From a virus (taxonomy: Duplodnaviria > Caudoviricetes), in IMG/VR virus record IMGVR_UViG_3300034062_005355: 64,000 nucleotides of DNA. One strand, 5' to 3'. The position numbers were made by a program, and so were the translations under genes. Position 1 is the first letter of the stretch, and every line of letters begins with the position of its first letter. Shown one piece after another: positions 38,966-48,895 of the stretch. The notes under the pieces were generated by a model. The model made no database searches. It was not told where the DNA came from and saw only the letters and a list, made by a program, of their open reading frames with translations.

Positions 38966-40363
38966 ATGAAAGGAAGAATAACGGAATCAGGAATACGTGA
39001 TATTTCAGCCTTAAGAAAAAGATATCCTAAAGCAGAAATATATTTTCACCAAGATTTAGATGGTGTAACCACTGCGATTGCAATGAAGAAATACCTTGAA
39101 GATAATGGTATTGACGTTATCAATTCACATGTTATCCAATACGGTGATAAAGAATTTGCGGTTAAAAAACTTGACGCAACTGGTGATGTTATGCCAGTAT
39201 TGGTTGACTTTGCTCACGGTAAACCAATGTTCGTTATTCATACTGACCACCACGACAGACAAGCAGGTGCGGAAGGTACCAAGTCCACATCATTTAGACA
39301 ATCTCGTTCAAATGTTGAAACAATATCTCAAGTAGTTTCACCAAAAGAATTATTCCCATCTTCAGATATATTATTAATCAGTACTGTTGACTCGGCAGAT
39401 TATGCAAAATATGATATATCACCTGATGAAGTTGTGAATTATATTTTTAAATTAGATAAAGATAAGTCATTACAAAAAAATAAAATGTTAATGGGTCTTG
39501 TTATTAACAAGTTATTATTGGCATTTAAAAACAAAAAAGGTTTCTTAGAAGGTTTAGTACAAAATTCAGAACCATCTTTATTGTCTATATTAACAAACAT
39601 TAAAGATTGGATGAAAAAAACTAATGCCGCAAACCCCAAAGAACTACAAAAGAATGCCGAGGCATATAAAGAAACTATGAAAGGTTATCCTAAAGTTGAG
39701 GATAATATTATATTTCAATATGGTGGAGGTTCTATGATTAAGCCAGGTTCTTATGATAGGTATACACCATTTAGGAACAATCCTGAAGCTGACTTTTTAA
39801 TTATGGCTTGGCCAATGGGGTTAGTACAAGCATCTTGTAATCCTTTCAAAAAAGAAAGAGAACTTAAAGGTGTTAATTTAGGTGAAATCGCTCAAGAAGT
39901 TTTATCTAAATGGGAAGACCAATTAAAACAAAGAACAATTCCATTATCTACAATCAAATGGGTTAGTGAAACATCTGCAGTTCCTGAGAGTGTTGGTTTT
40001 ACATTTAAAGATTTTGAAGCTTTATATGGTGATAAGTTTACAACCATGGAAGGGGGAGAAGGGGTTTTAGATCATATTAATGATATGATGGAAACTCCAT
40101 TCACCGAATTAACTGAAGAGCATAGGGAAATGTTAGACAAGATTGGTATTAATACTTGGGATTTAATTCAGGCCAACTCAGGTGGACACAAATGTATTAC
40201 AAATATATCTGGATTAAATTACTTAGGTAGAAGTAAAAGACCACCACAAGGGCAATATAGATATGACTCTGAAAAAGACGATTCGCCTTCAGTTAAGTTC
40301 ACAAAGATGATTGCTCACGAGTTTGAGAGAAAATTAAAAGAAAAGATTAAAGAGTCTAAGTAA
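38966..40363 (+). CDS. DHH-superfamily phosphoesterase
   Basis: HQDLDG, VDF, TDHH, C-terminal SGGH; MKGRITE leader. Confidence 0.75.
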   Translation: MKGRITESGIRDISALRKRYPKAEIYFHQDLDGVTTAIAMKKYLEDNGIDVINSHVIQYGDKEFAVKKLDATGDVMPVLVDFAHGKPMFVIHTDHHDRQAGAEGTKSTSFRQSRSNVETISQVVSPKELFPSSDILLISTVDSADYAKYDISPDEVVNYIFKLDKDKSLQKNKMLMGLVINKLLLAFKNKKGFLEGLVQNSEPSLLSILTNIKDWMKKTNAANPKELQKNAEAYKETMKGYPKVEDNIIFQYGGGSMIKPGSYDRYTPFRNNPEADFLIMAWPMGLVQASCNPFKKERELKGVNLGEIAQEVLSKWEDQLKQRTIPLSTIKWVSETSAVPESVGFTFKDFEALYGDKFTTMEGGEGVLDHINDMMETPFTELTEEHREMLDKIGINTWDLIQANSGGHKCITNISGLNYLGRSKRPPQGQYRYDSEKDDSPSVKFTKMIAHEFERKLKEKIKESK

Positions 40364-40444
40364 TAAAAAACTTTATTTTTTATTAAAAATAATTATTACA
40401 CTATTTTTTTATTAATAAACTAATATTTTATTAAAGTATTAGTT

Positions 40445-40452
40445 TATATTTG
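40445..40452 (+). promoter_or_regulatory. Bacteroidota sigmaA-type -7 element (TAnnTTTG); one example of a recurring class
   Basis: Also at 7627, ~14529, ~15055, 48586, 51390, 52842, ~57698, 63379 (+) and 55123, 56483, 61157 (-). Confidence 0.75.
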
Positions 40453-40468
40453 AACAAAAAAATAGCGT

Positions 40469-43400
40469 ATGGAAAAAATAGTTTTAGGTAAGATTATAAA
40501 AAAGATTTTTTTATTATCTGTATTAATATTATCATTAATCGGCGTAACCCAAAAAGAAGTAAATGCTTCTCACGTTGTTGGTTCCGACATATCTTATGTC
40601 TGTACAACCACACCAGGTGTTTATCGTGTTCAGTTTAAGATATATAGAGATTGTCAGGGTGTTCAACTCTGTGCCAATTGTCCCACAAGTTTAAGTCCTT
40701 CTTGTAATATTCCAATTATATTGACAGGTGGATCTGCACCTACAGGTTCAGGTTTACCAACAAGCCCTTGTGCTGGAATTAATTTTGGAACCCAAAATAT
40801 AAATGTGGTTACAGGTGTTAGTGGTTTTGATGTTGTACAACTATGTTCAGGAGAAAAATCCATTTGTACTAATTGTGGGACTAGAACACCTGGTACTTTT
40901 GTTCCTGGTATTGAGGTGTATACATTTGAAGGGAATATTAGTTTAGCATCTATTCCGGCTAGTTGTTGTTTAATCAATATAGGTTATAGTATCTGTTGTA
41001 GAAATGATGCTATAACTACTTTAGTAAATCCTGGCGCTTTAAATTTTTATACTCAAGGTACAATTAATAGGTGTGTAACACCTTGTAATTCTTCTCCAAC
41101 ATTTACAAATGACCCTGTTGCGGTTACTTGTGCGGGACAAGATTTTACTTACAATTTAGGAGCTATTGACCCTGATGGTGATTCTTTAAGTTATTCTTTT
41201 GGGCAATCACTTACAGGACCTGGTGTTACGGCGCCATATCTTTCACCATACAGTGCCAATGTACCACTACCTTATTTAGGTGCGCCAATTCAAACACCAC
41301 CTGCGGTTCCTCCTATTGGTATCAGCATAGATCCTGTAACTGGAGATCTACGGTTTAGACCGATGGGAACCTTTGTTGCTAATTTAATTATAGAGGTTCG
41401 ACAATGGAAAATGGTAGGAGGAGTACCTACCTTAATGGGTGTAACTCGAAGGGACATTCAGTTTTATAGTAGGATTTGTCCTGAAAATAACCCACCTGTT
41501 TTACGAACATGGACCAATGATGGAGTTTTAACCTCACCACAACCAAACTTTAGTTATTCTGTTTGTGCTGGACAACAATTATGTTTTATGATTTCTGCTT
41601 GGGATAATACCGCAGTTACCGATACTACAGACATTACTTGGAACGCGCCAACATTATTAGTTAGTAAAGGTGCTACATTTGTTAAAGCATATAATCCTAT
41701 TCAAAGAACTATGATTGGACCAAAATATGATAGTGTTCGTTTTTGTTGGACACCTGGTCCTGAAATGGCGAGTAATTTACCTTATTATTTTGTTGTTACC
41801 GCCAAAGATAGGGCGTGTCCTATTCCGGCTCGTACTACAAGATCATTTAGTATTTTAGTTAGAAGGATTCCTATAGCAAATATCATTAAAACCAACAAAA
41901 ATTGTGGCTTCTATGATTTTTCATATACTCAAACAAATGTCGTTCCTATTAACCCTTCGTATACTAAATTCTTAATTGAAACAAGCCCTAATTCTAATAC
42001 TTACCAAACTTTTGTTGGACCTAATGTGATCAATCATAGATTTTTACAAGGTGGTTGGCATAAAATTAGGTTACAGTTAACAACAACTGCACCACCATCA
42101 CCCAATGGTTGTCCTAACGATAATATTTGGGACTCTGTTTTGGTGGTACCTCCTGTTGATGTAAATATTAGGGATACTTTTAATTGTTTTGGAACTTCAG
42201 TTATAGTTAGGGCAAATGGACGAGATGGTACGCCTTTTGGTAGTACTTATCGGTATACTCTATATGGTGGTGGTATGGGTTCAAACAACATTATTAGAAC
42301 TTTTGGTATTGATTCCAATTTTGTAATAAACCCAACAAACCCTGGTGTTAGTAGCTCTTACAAAGTTGTTATTCAGGATTTGAATGGTTGTAAAGACTCA
42401 ACTTTATTAAATGTGTTTACTCGTAATTTACCGATTAAAGAGTTACCAAATTCTGTTCGTTATTGTTTTGGTGCAACTGACACCATAGATGGTGGTAATA
42501 GTAATGGTAGTGTTAATATTTGGCGTTGGAATAAAATTCCTGTATCACCAGTATTGACTGATACTGTATCACAAAAAATTACACCAAGAGATAGTGGTCA
42601 ATATATTGTAAGAAAAACGGATTTAAATGGGTGTTCTCAGTTGGATACTATTATGGTTTATATTAATGAAAGAGTACCTGTTAGTGCTGGTCCTAATCGA
42701 ACTATTTGTGAGAAAGACGCACCAATAAATATAGTTGGTGTTGGTACGACCGCAGCCATAGATAGTTTTCAATGGAGATCGATTCCAATATCAAACCCTG
42801 ATGTTGTTTTAAGTAGAACATCAATTCTAAATGTATCACCATTGATTACAACCAGTTATCAAGTGAGAGGATTTTTAACTTATGGTGGTGTTGGATGTTC
42901 TTATGTTGATACTATGGATGTAATAGTTAAACCATTACCAATAATTAATAGACCTGATAATATGTCTTTGTGTAGAAATACTAACATAGTATTACTACCA
43001 AATATTACTTCTACAAACAAACCTGGATTGATAACATCGGTATGGAATTATCCATCAAACCCAAATGCGATTAATGGTAATCAAGTTATAATATCTAATT
43101 TAATTAATTTACCACCAGTACCACCAACACCTGTAAGAGGAAATATTATTCGTCTTAACGTAAACGATGTTGATGGATGTAGAATAAGTGATTCAATCGT
43201 AATCTCTGTCTTTCCTGTACCATTAATTAACGCAGGATCAAGTAGAAACTTTTGTGATTTTGCTAGTGTGTTTAACATTAACCCAGGTTCCCAACTATAT
43301 TCTCCAAATGGAGGTGCGTTAGCAACTAATGAAGAGTGGTTTGGTCGTGGTATTAATAAACCAAATCCCGCGATTAATTATTATGCATTTAATCCACAAG

Positions 43401-45316
43401 GTGTTGACGTATTAACTTTACCTGACACAAATATTATAACTTATAAATTTACTGCTACATTCCCATTAAATAATAGTGTGTTATTTACACCTGCGGTTAG
43501 TGGTTTTTTCGCACCATCACCAATAGGAGGTTGTTTAGCTACCGATACTTTGGTATTTTCAGTAATAAAAACTCCGAAGTTAGAAACAGGTATTGCACCA
43601 TCTTTATGTAGGTCAGGTACTATTGTCGATATAGATCAACATATGTTAGGTAGAAGTACAACATCTATTAACCCACTAAGTAGTTATTGGTATATTGGAT
43701 CACCTGATCAGATGTATAGGACTTCAATAACTAATGGTAGAAATTTCAACCCATCAAGTCCTATATTAGAAAATTTCACCAGACAGTACAGATTAGTATA
43801 TGCTGACACATCAACAACTTGTAGGGTTGCGGATACAACTACAATTCAAGTTAATGAGAATCCTGTTGTGGATATCGATTATAATATTGTTAGTGATAGT
43901 TCAATTTGTAAAACTCGTGGTAGTGTATTCTTCTTTATGAATCCAAATAACATTTCAAGTGTTGATGGTGAGATGAAAAGTTTTCCAACTTTACCGACCA
44001 CAGCATTTGATGTAACTAATGGTAAATTTACAATCAATAATGTTCCTGATGGGGTTTATAATATTAAATATTATTATAAGGATCCTGGAACGGGATGTGA
44101 TAACAAAGATTCAATAAATATTAGAATACAAAGTCCACCTCAGGTAGATATTGTAGATGATGGATCGGTTTGTTCTTATGATGCCATTTTTAATGTGGGG
44201 TTTAAAACAATACCAAGTTCGCCATATACTTGGAATTGGGTAACACCTGATGGTAACGGGAATATTATTGATAATGGTATAAATGGAATTAACTATACCG
44301 CAACACCATTCGACATTATTCGTGGAAAAGTTACTTTTAAAGTTACAACTATAGATTTAACTACCGATCCCGATATTTGTGGTTCTGTAAGTGATTCTAT
44401 AACTTATACGATTAAACCAAAACCAGTTGCTGATTTTACTATATCACCTGATAGAGGTTGTGTTGATGAGAGATATGGGTTGGTGTTAAATTCAACTTAT
44501 ACTGCGGTTCCAAGTATTGTGGGTAGTACTTATAAGTGGTATATGGATGTTACTGATTTTAATAGTACACCACTTAACTCAAATCCATTTAATCAAACTG
44601 TTTTATCACAAACATTTACTAAATCAGGAAATCACAGGATATATTTGTTTGTTGAGGCTGATGGTTGTAAAGATACTACTGACGCTACATTAACTGCTTG
44701 GCCAACACCAGTTGCGTCATTTACCACGGATCCAAAAAGTACAACAATTGCTAAACCAAATTTTGATTTCTTTAATCAATCAAATATATCCGACAATTCA
44801 AACTTAAAATATATTTGGTATTTTCCACCACTAACTCCTGGTATACCAAGAGTAGATTATACTTTTGAACCAACCCAAGTTCAGTTTATGGCAGATACTG
44901 GTTTACAGTGTATAAAACTAACTGCGATTAGTCCTAACGGTTGTTATGATTCTACACTAGAATGTGTTCGTATTGAGCCAGATATCACGGTGTTTATTCC
45001 AAATGTATTCCGTCCGATTAACGTTGATGGAAAAGGGGGAAGTACGATAGAATGTGGATTTGGATGTAATAGGACTTTCAAAGTAAGTGCTACAGGATTT
45101 GAAACATTAGAAATATTTGTATTTAATCGTTGGGGTCAAAAGGTTTATGAATCATACATGACAGATAAAACGTACAATCCTGAGGAAGGGTGGAATGGAA
45201 GAGACTTTAATAAAGGACAGGATTGTCAACAAGATGCATATATTTACCAAGTAAATGCAACCAGTTTTAACGGTAAAAAATACACATACAGCGGTTCGGT
45301 TACATTATTAAGATAA
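40469..45316 (+). CDS. T9SS type-B (gliding-motility C-terminal domain) surface protein with PKD/Ig-like domains
   Basis: Signal peptide ending NASHVVG; PKD-like PVADFT/PVASFT domains; C-term FIPNVF...IFVFNRWGQKVYE...GWNG...YIYQV...SGSVTLLR. Confidence 0.88.
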   Translation: MEKIVLGKIIKKIFLLSVLILSLIGVTQKEVNASHVVGSDISYVCTTTPGVYRVQFKIYRDCQGVQLCANCPTSLSPSCNIPIILTGGSAPTGSGLPTSPCAGINFGTQNINVVTGVSGFDVVQLCSGEKSICTNCGTRTPGTFVPGIEVYTFEGNISLASIPASCCLINIGYSICCRNDAITTLVNPGALNFYTQGTINRCVTPCNSSPTFTNDPVAVTCAGQDFTYNLGAIDPDGDSLSYSFGQSLTGPGVTAPYLSPYSANVPLPYLGAPIQTPPAVPPIGISIDPVTGDLRFRPMGTFVANLIIEVRQWKMVGGVPTLMGVTRRDIQFYSRICPENNPPVLRTWTNDGVLTSPQPNFSYSVCAGQQLCFMISAWDNTAVTDTTDITWNAPTLLVSKGATFVKAYNPIQRTMIGPKYDSVRFCWTPGPEMASNLPYYFVVTAKDRACPIPARTTRSFSILVRRIPIANIIKTNKNCGFYDFSYTQTNVVPINPSYTKFLIETSPNSNTYQTFVGPNVINHRFLQGGWHKIRLQLTTTAPPSPNGCPNDNIWDSVLVVPPVDVNIRDTFNCFGTSVIVRANGRDGTPFGSTYRYTLYGGGMGSNNIIRTFGIDSNFVINPTNPGVSSSYKVVIQDLNGCKDSTLLNVFTRNLPIKELPNSVRYCFGATDTIDGGNSNGSVNIWRWNKIPVSPVLTDTVSQKITPRDSGQYIVRKTDLNGCSQLDTIMVYINERVPVSAGPNRTICEKDAPINIVGVGTTAAIDSFQWRSIPISNPDVVLSRTSILNVSPLITTSYQVRGFLTYGGVGCSYVDTMDVIVKPLPIINRPDNMSLCRNTNIVLLPNITSTNKPGLITSVWNYPSNPNAINGNQVIISNLINLPPVPPTPVRGNIIRLNVNDVDGCRISDSIVISVFPVPLINAGSSRNFCDFASVFNINPGSQLYSPNGGALATNEEWFGRGINKPNPAINYYAFNPQGVDVLTLPDTNIITYKFTATFPLNNSVLFTPAVSGFFAPSPIGGCLATDTLVFSVIKTPKLETGIAPSLCRSGTIVDIDQHMLGRSTTSINPLSSYWYIGSPDQMYRTSITNGRNFNPSSPILENFTRQYRLVYADTSTTCRVADTTTIQVNENPVVDIDYNIVSDSSICKTRGSVFFFMNPNNISSVDGEMKSFPTLPTTAFDVTNGKFTINNVPDGVYNIKYYYKDPGTGCDNKDSINIRIQSPPQVDIVDDGSVCSYDAIFNVGFKTIPSSPYTWNWVTPDGNGNIIDNGINGINYTATPFDIIRGKVTFKVTTIDLTTDPDICGSVSDSITYTIKPKPVADFTISPDRGCVDERYGLVLNSTYTAVPSIVGSTYKWYMDVTDFNSTPLNSNPFNQTVLSQTFTKSGNHRIYLFVEADGCKDTTDATLTAWPTPVASFTTDPKSTTIAKPNFDFFNQSNISDNSNLKYIWYFPPLTPGIPRVDYTFEPTQVQFMADTGLQCIKLTAISPNGCYDSTLECVRIEPDITVFIPNVFRPINVDGKGGSTIECGFGCNRTFKVSATGFETLEIFVFNRWGQKVYESYMTDKTYNPEEGWNGRDFNKGQDCQQDAYIYQVNATSFNGKKYTYSGSVTLLR

Positions 45317-45326
45317 TAATTTATTT

Positions 45327-46028
45327 ATGACTAAAACAAAACAAGTTGAGGCTATTTTCATATCTGATGTTCATTTGGGTAGTAAAGGATCAAACGCAGA
45401 ACAATTACTGAATATGTTAAAACAGTACGAACCAAAATATTTATTTATTGTTGGCGATTTTATTGATGGTTGGTTATTAAAAAAACGTCATCATTGGACT
45501 CAAAACTTTACTAATGTTATTCGTAAGGTTTTATCTTATTCTAAAAAAGGAACCAAGGTAATTTATATTATAGGTAATCACGATGAATTTTTAAGACACT
45601 ATTCACCAAGTGAGTTCGGTGAAAACATAACAATATGTGATGAGTATATTTGGAAAAAATATTACATTACTCATGGAGATCTATATGATGGTGTTGTTAA
45701 GTTGAAATGGTTGGCTCATTTAGGGTCAATTGGTTATGAGTTGGCAATACAAATAGATCGTACTATGAAACGATTTGGATATAAGCGTTCTTTAAGTAAA
45801 TGGGCTAAAGACAAAGTCAAGAACGCTGTTAAGTTTATTACTGATTTTGAAAATCAATTGGCAGATCAAGCGGATAAAAGAAATTGTAAGGGAGTAATAT
45901 GTGGACACATTCACAAACCTGAAAACAAATATATTGAAAAAATACATTATCTTAATTGCGGTGATTGGATTGAAAATAATAGTTATATTATTTTTGACAA
46001 TAACGAATTTAAATTATATTATTATTAA
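45327..46028 (+). CDS. LpxH-like/PlcP-like metallophosphoesterase
   Basis: FISDVHLG, VGDFIDGW, GNHDE, HGD, ICGHIH, NCGDW. Confidence 0.8.
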   Translation: MTKTKQVEAIFISDVHLGSKGSNAEQLLNMLKQYEPKYLFIVGDFIDGWLLKKRHHWTQNFTNVIRKVLSYSKKGTKVIYIIGNHDEFLRHYSPSEFGENITICDEYIWKKYYITHGDLYDGVVKLKWLAHLGSIGYELAIQIDRTMKRFGYKRSLSKWAKDKVKNAVKFITDFENQLADQADKRNCKGVICGHIHKPENKYIEKIHYLNCGDWIENNSYIIFDNNEFKLYYY

Positions 46029-46031
46029 AAT

Positions 46032-46286
46032 ATGTTAAAAGTAATACAAAAAGATAGCCTATACGAAGTTAAAGTAGAATCAAATAATAATGTGATAGGA
46101 CATTTTATATTGGATGTTGATGGATATTATTATTTCGCACCTAATGGACTTAATGAAGGTGGTGTTTGGTCAGATTATATTCTACTTGAGATTGGTACTA
46201 AACTTAAAGCAATCAATAAACCTTGGGATGACCAAATAAATGAGTATTTTAAAAAAGATCAAAATCAAAATCTTCATGATTTTTAA
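46032..46286 (+). CDS. hypothetical protein
   Basis: 84 aa, in operon. Confidence 0.7.
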   Translation: MLKVIQKDSLYEVKVESNNNVIGHFILDVDGYYYFAPNGLNEGGVWSDYILLEIGTKLKAINKPWDDQINEYFKKDQNQNLHDF

Positions 46287-46292
46287 ATACAT

Positions 46293-46640
46293 TTATAACA
46301 GATACTCAACAGTATTACCTGGCTCAATACTTAATCTTTCACAAGAACCACCGTCAATTTCTAACACAATATTACCATTACCACAGTAACTTGGGCAATC
46401 ATCACCTTCACATGGAGGACAGTTGTGGTGTATATTAACTATTACGTTATTTTTGATTATAATAATATCTAAAGGAATAATACAATTTTTCATCCAAAAA
46501 CACTGTTTATCACCACCCATCAAAAATAGTAGACCATCAAAAGTTTCGTCAAACTTTTTACCCATCATGCCGATATATTTTGATTTTTCATCAATTAAGG
46601 TTTTGATATTAAAAATATTTTGATTAACTTTAACTCTCAT
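46293..46640 (-). CDS. DUF192 family protein
   Basis: GMMG...GLLF...FWMKNCIIPLDIIII...VLEI; start reassigned to ATG at 46640. Confidence 0.85.
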   Translation of the reverse strand: MRVKVNQNIFNIKTLIDEKSKYIGMMGKKFDETFDGLLFLMGGDKQCFWMKNCIIPLDIIIIKNNVIVNIHHNCPPCEGDDCPSYCGNGNIVLEIDGGSCERLSIEPGNTVEYLL

Positions 46641-46653
46641 AACTATAAATACA

Positions 46654-47073
46654 ATGAATGCTAAAAGATACGTTGGGGTTATCGTTAAATGCGGTGACAA
46701 ATTTTTAATCTGTAAAAGGAATGATGAATCATTAGGACAAGGTGAATGGTCAATACCTGCAGGTAAAATTGAAGGGAGTGAAAAAATTGAGGAATCCGCA
46801 AAAAGGGAGTTTTTTGAAGAGACCGCCATAAACATAAATAACTTTGAATTAGAATTTGCGGGGATAATACCAAGATATACTAGAGATGGTGGCAAAATGA
46901 AGGGATTGATGTACACTTATATTATTAATGTGGAGAAACAATTAACCCCTGATTTGGAAAGGGCTATTGATGGTCATGAACACACGGCTTGGGGTTATTT
47001 TACCCTAAACGACATGAAAAATATGAAAATTAATACTTTTTTATATAAATTGTTCGAATTTATTTCAAAATAG
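46654..47073 (+). CDS. NUDIX hydrolase
   Basis: AGKIEGSEKIEESAKREFFEET Nudix box. Confidence 0.9.
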   Translation: MNAKRYVGVIVKCGDKFLICKRNDESLGQGEWSIPAGKIEGSEKIEESAKREFFEETAININNFELEFAGIIPRYTRDGGKMKGLMYTYIINVEKQLTPDLERAIDGHEHTAWGYFTLNDMKNMKINTFLYKLFEFISK

Positions 47074-47305
47074 TTGACTTTTGGATATTGTAGACTATAT
47101 TTATAATCTCAAGTCCGAAAGGACAAACATCCCCACAAATATAGTTTCGTAAAATAAAATTTGACAAAATGAGAATTTTGTTTTAATTTTGTGAAACAAA
47201 TGAGATGAGAGTCTCACAAAAAAGTCCCACATATGTTTGATTATTTGAAAAAATAGTTTTAACTTTGTGGGACTTAAATTGAAAGTTCTTTTACTTAAGA
47301 TATAT

Positions 47306-47378
<73 letters not shown>

Positions 47379-47389
47379 CAAAAAAAAAC

Positions 47390-47554
47390 TTCACAAAAAG
47401 TTTGACAAATTAAAAAGTTTATCTTACCTTTGTGAAACATTTAACAATCACCGAATTCAAATCTCACTATCGGTAATTAATAGAGTTAGGTTGTTAAAAA
47501 AACTTTCACAAAAAGTTTGATAAATTGAAAAGTTTATCTTACCTTTGTGAAACA
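47390..47554 (+). repeat. 50-nt direct repeat (47390-47439 and 47505-47554)
   Basis: TTCACAAAAAGTTTGA(C/T)AAATT(A/G)AAAAGTTTATCTTACCTTTGTGAAACA; 2 mismatches. Confidence 0.9.
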
Positions 47555-47599
47555 ATCACGAAAAGGTTGACGTTGTTGTAAAACTATGGTTTCCTTTTC

Positions 47600-48505
47600 T
47601 AAAATTGAAATTCGTTCTTTGAATATAAAATATTTATCCGTTCAGTAGTTTATTATGAGACCTTCGGGTTGATTATGAGACATTTAATCTGATAAAGGTA
47701 ATCGGCCGTATATGGTCGTTAAATAAACCATGAAAGTGGGATAAAGTGAACCTGTTGTGTTAACAGGATTGCGGCTTCGGTAACGGAGCTCGAGTATACA
47801 GGCGAGATATCATCTTTGCTTTAGTAATCGAGGGTAACACTGTAGATGAAGAGTTGAGATGACCAAGCGATGTGGGTCGTTTGGTTGAGATGGGAACATC
47901 AATAAGAATAACTCGTAGGGATATTGTAAAAAGTGAGACCTCCAATCTCATCATTGCGAATTCCAATACGAAAGTGGACTTAAAACCGAAAGGTATGATA
48001 GAGTACAGGTGGTGCTGTTACTATCCCTACTTTGAATCTACCAAGGTTCTTAGTTTGAAGTAAACTTGACATATGGAGGTGGGGACATCTCAGGGAGTAG
48101 TTTAGTATTCTGTTGTTCAAAAGATAACGGAGCTTACGGTGGACCACTACTTCTATCATCCACGACACAAACCTTAATATACATATGTTAATGTAATAAT
48201 TAATTAAAATATCAAGCACAAGTGTCCATCAGGTTTTGATGAAAGTCGCCTACATAGTCATGGGTTGTCCATGGCACACTGAGACTGCAAGTTGATGTGT
48301 ATTTTTACCAAAAACCTCTAAGGGGTCGAACCCTGAGTTAGCTCGCAAGGTTAAAGAGAGTTGAGTAATGAAAGAGTAGTTAAAACCTTTAGGAGTGATT
48401 GGTCTAACCAATCGGCGATGAGGATTACATCCCAAAAGGATGTGGATATAAAGGGAACTAATAATCCTTTTAAAGATTCTCAATAATAGGTGTAATCTCA
48501 ACCTT
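47600..48505 (+). ncRNA. large structured ncRNA, GOLLD-like
   Basis: No credible ORF over ~0.9 kb; raised GC; many G-U-containing stems with GNRA/UUCG loops; follows a tRNA and strong promoters; ends before a terminator; 5' boundary approximate. Confidence 0.7.
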
Positions 48506-48515
48506 TTTAGCCACT

Positions 48516-48549
48516 AAACCTCATCTGTTAATTCAGGTGGGGTTTTTTT
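48516..48549 (+). terminator. intrinsic terminator of the tRNA/ncRNA unit
   Basis: AAACCTCATCTG-TTAATT-CAGGTGGGGTTT plus T run. Confidence 0.8.
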
Positions 48550-48613
48550 ATTTAAAAATAATTTGGTTTGTTATAATAATTTCAATATCTTTGTATTGTT
48601 AATAAGAAAGAAT

Positions 48614-48895
48614 ATGAACACAATATCACATAACATTAAAATTCAGCATGAAACATTTGGTGTATTATTAGATGAAACATTTGTAAATGCCACCCAATTT
48701 AAGTTGTTCTTAAAAATGATACAAGGTTGTATTGAGTTAAAGAATGATTTAACTTTCTTTAATGGTTATGATTTTCTTATTCACATTCCTTACAAACATT
48801 TGGTTAGTTCAATTATCACAACAAAAATAGATATATATACGTTAGCAGAGCATTTGGTTGCCAAATCTAAAATGGAGGCATTAGAAACAAAATGA
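48614..48895 (+). CDS. hypothetical protein
   Basis: ATG at 48614 behind a TATCTTTG promoter. Confidence 0.75.
   Translation: MNTISHNIKIQHETFGVLLDETFVNATQFKLFLKMIQGCIELKNDLTFFNGYDFLIHIPYKHLVSSIITTKIDIYTLAEHLVAKSKMEALETK

Noticed and set aside
46641-46916. Long N-terminal extension of the DUF192 ORF
   Set aside because: It is antisense to the NUDIX gene; the domain starts at ATG 46640.
47600-48505. rRNA, RNase P RNA, tmRNA or group I intron; also the short ORFs 47760-48501
   Set aside because: I saw no GGAAAGTCC/RNase P P4 signature, tRNA-like TCCACCA end, rRNA universal motifs or interrupted host gene; the short ORFs overlap on both strands and have atypical composition.
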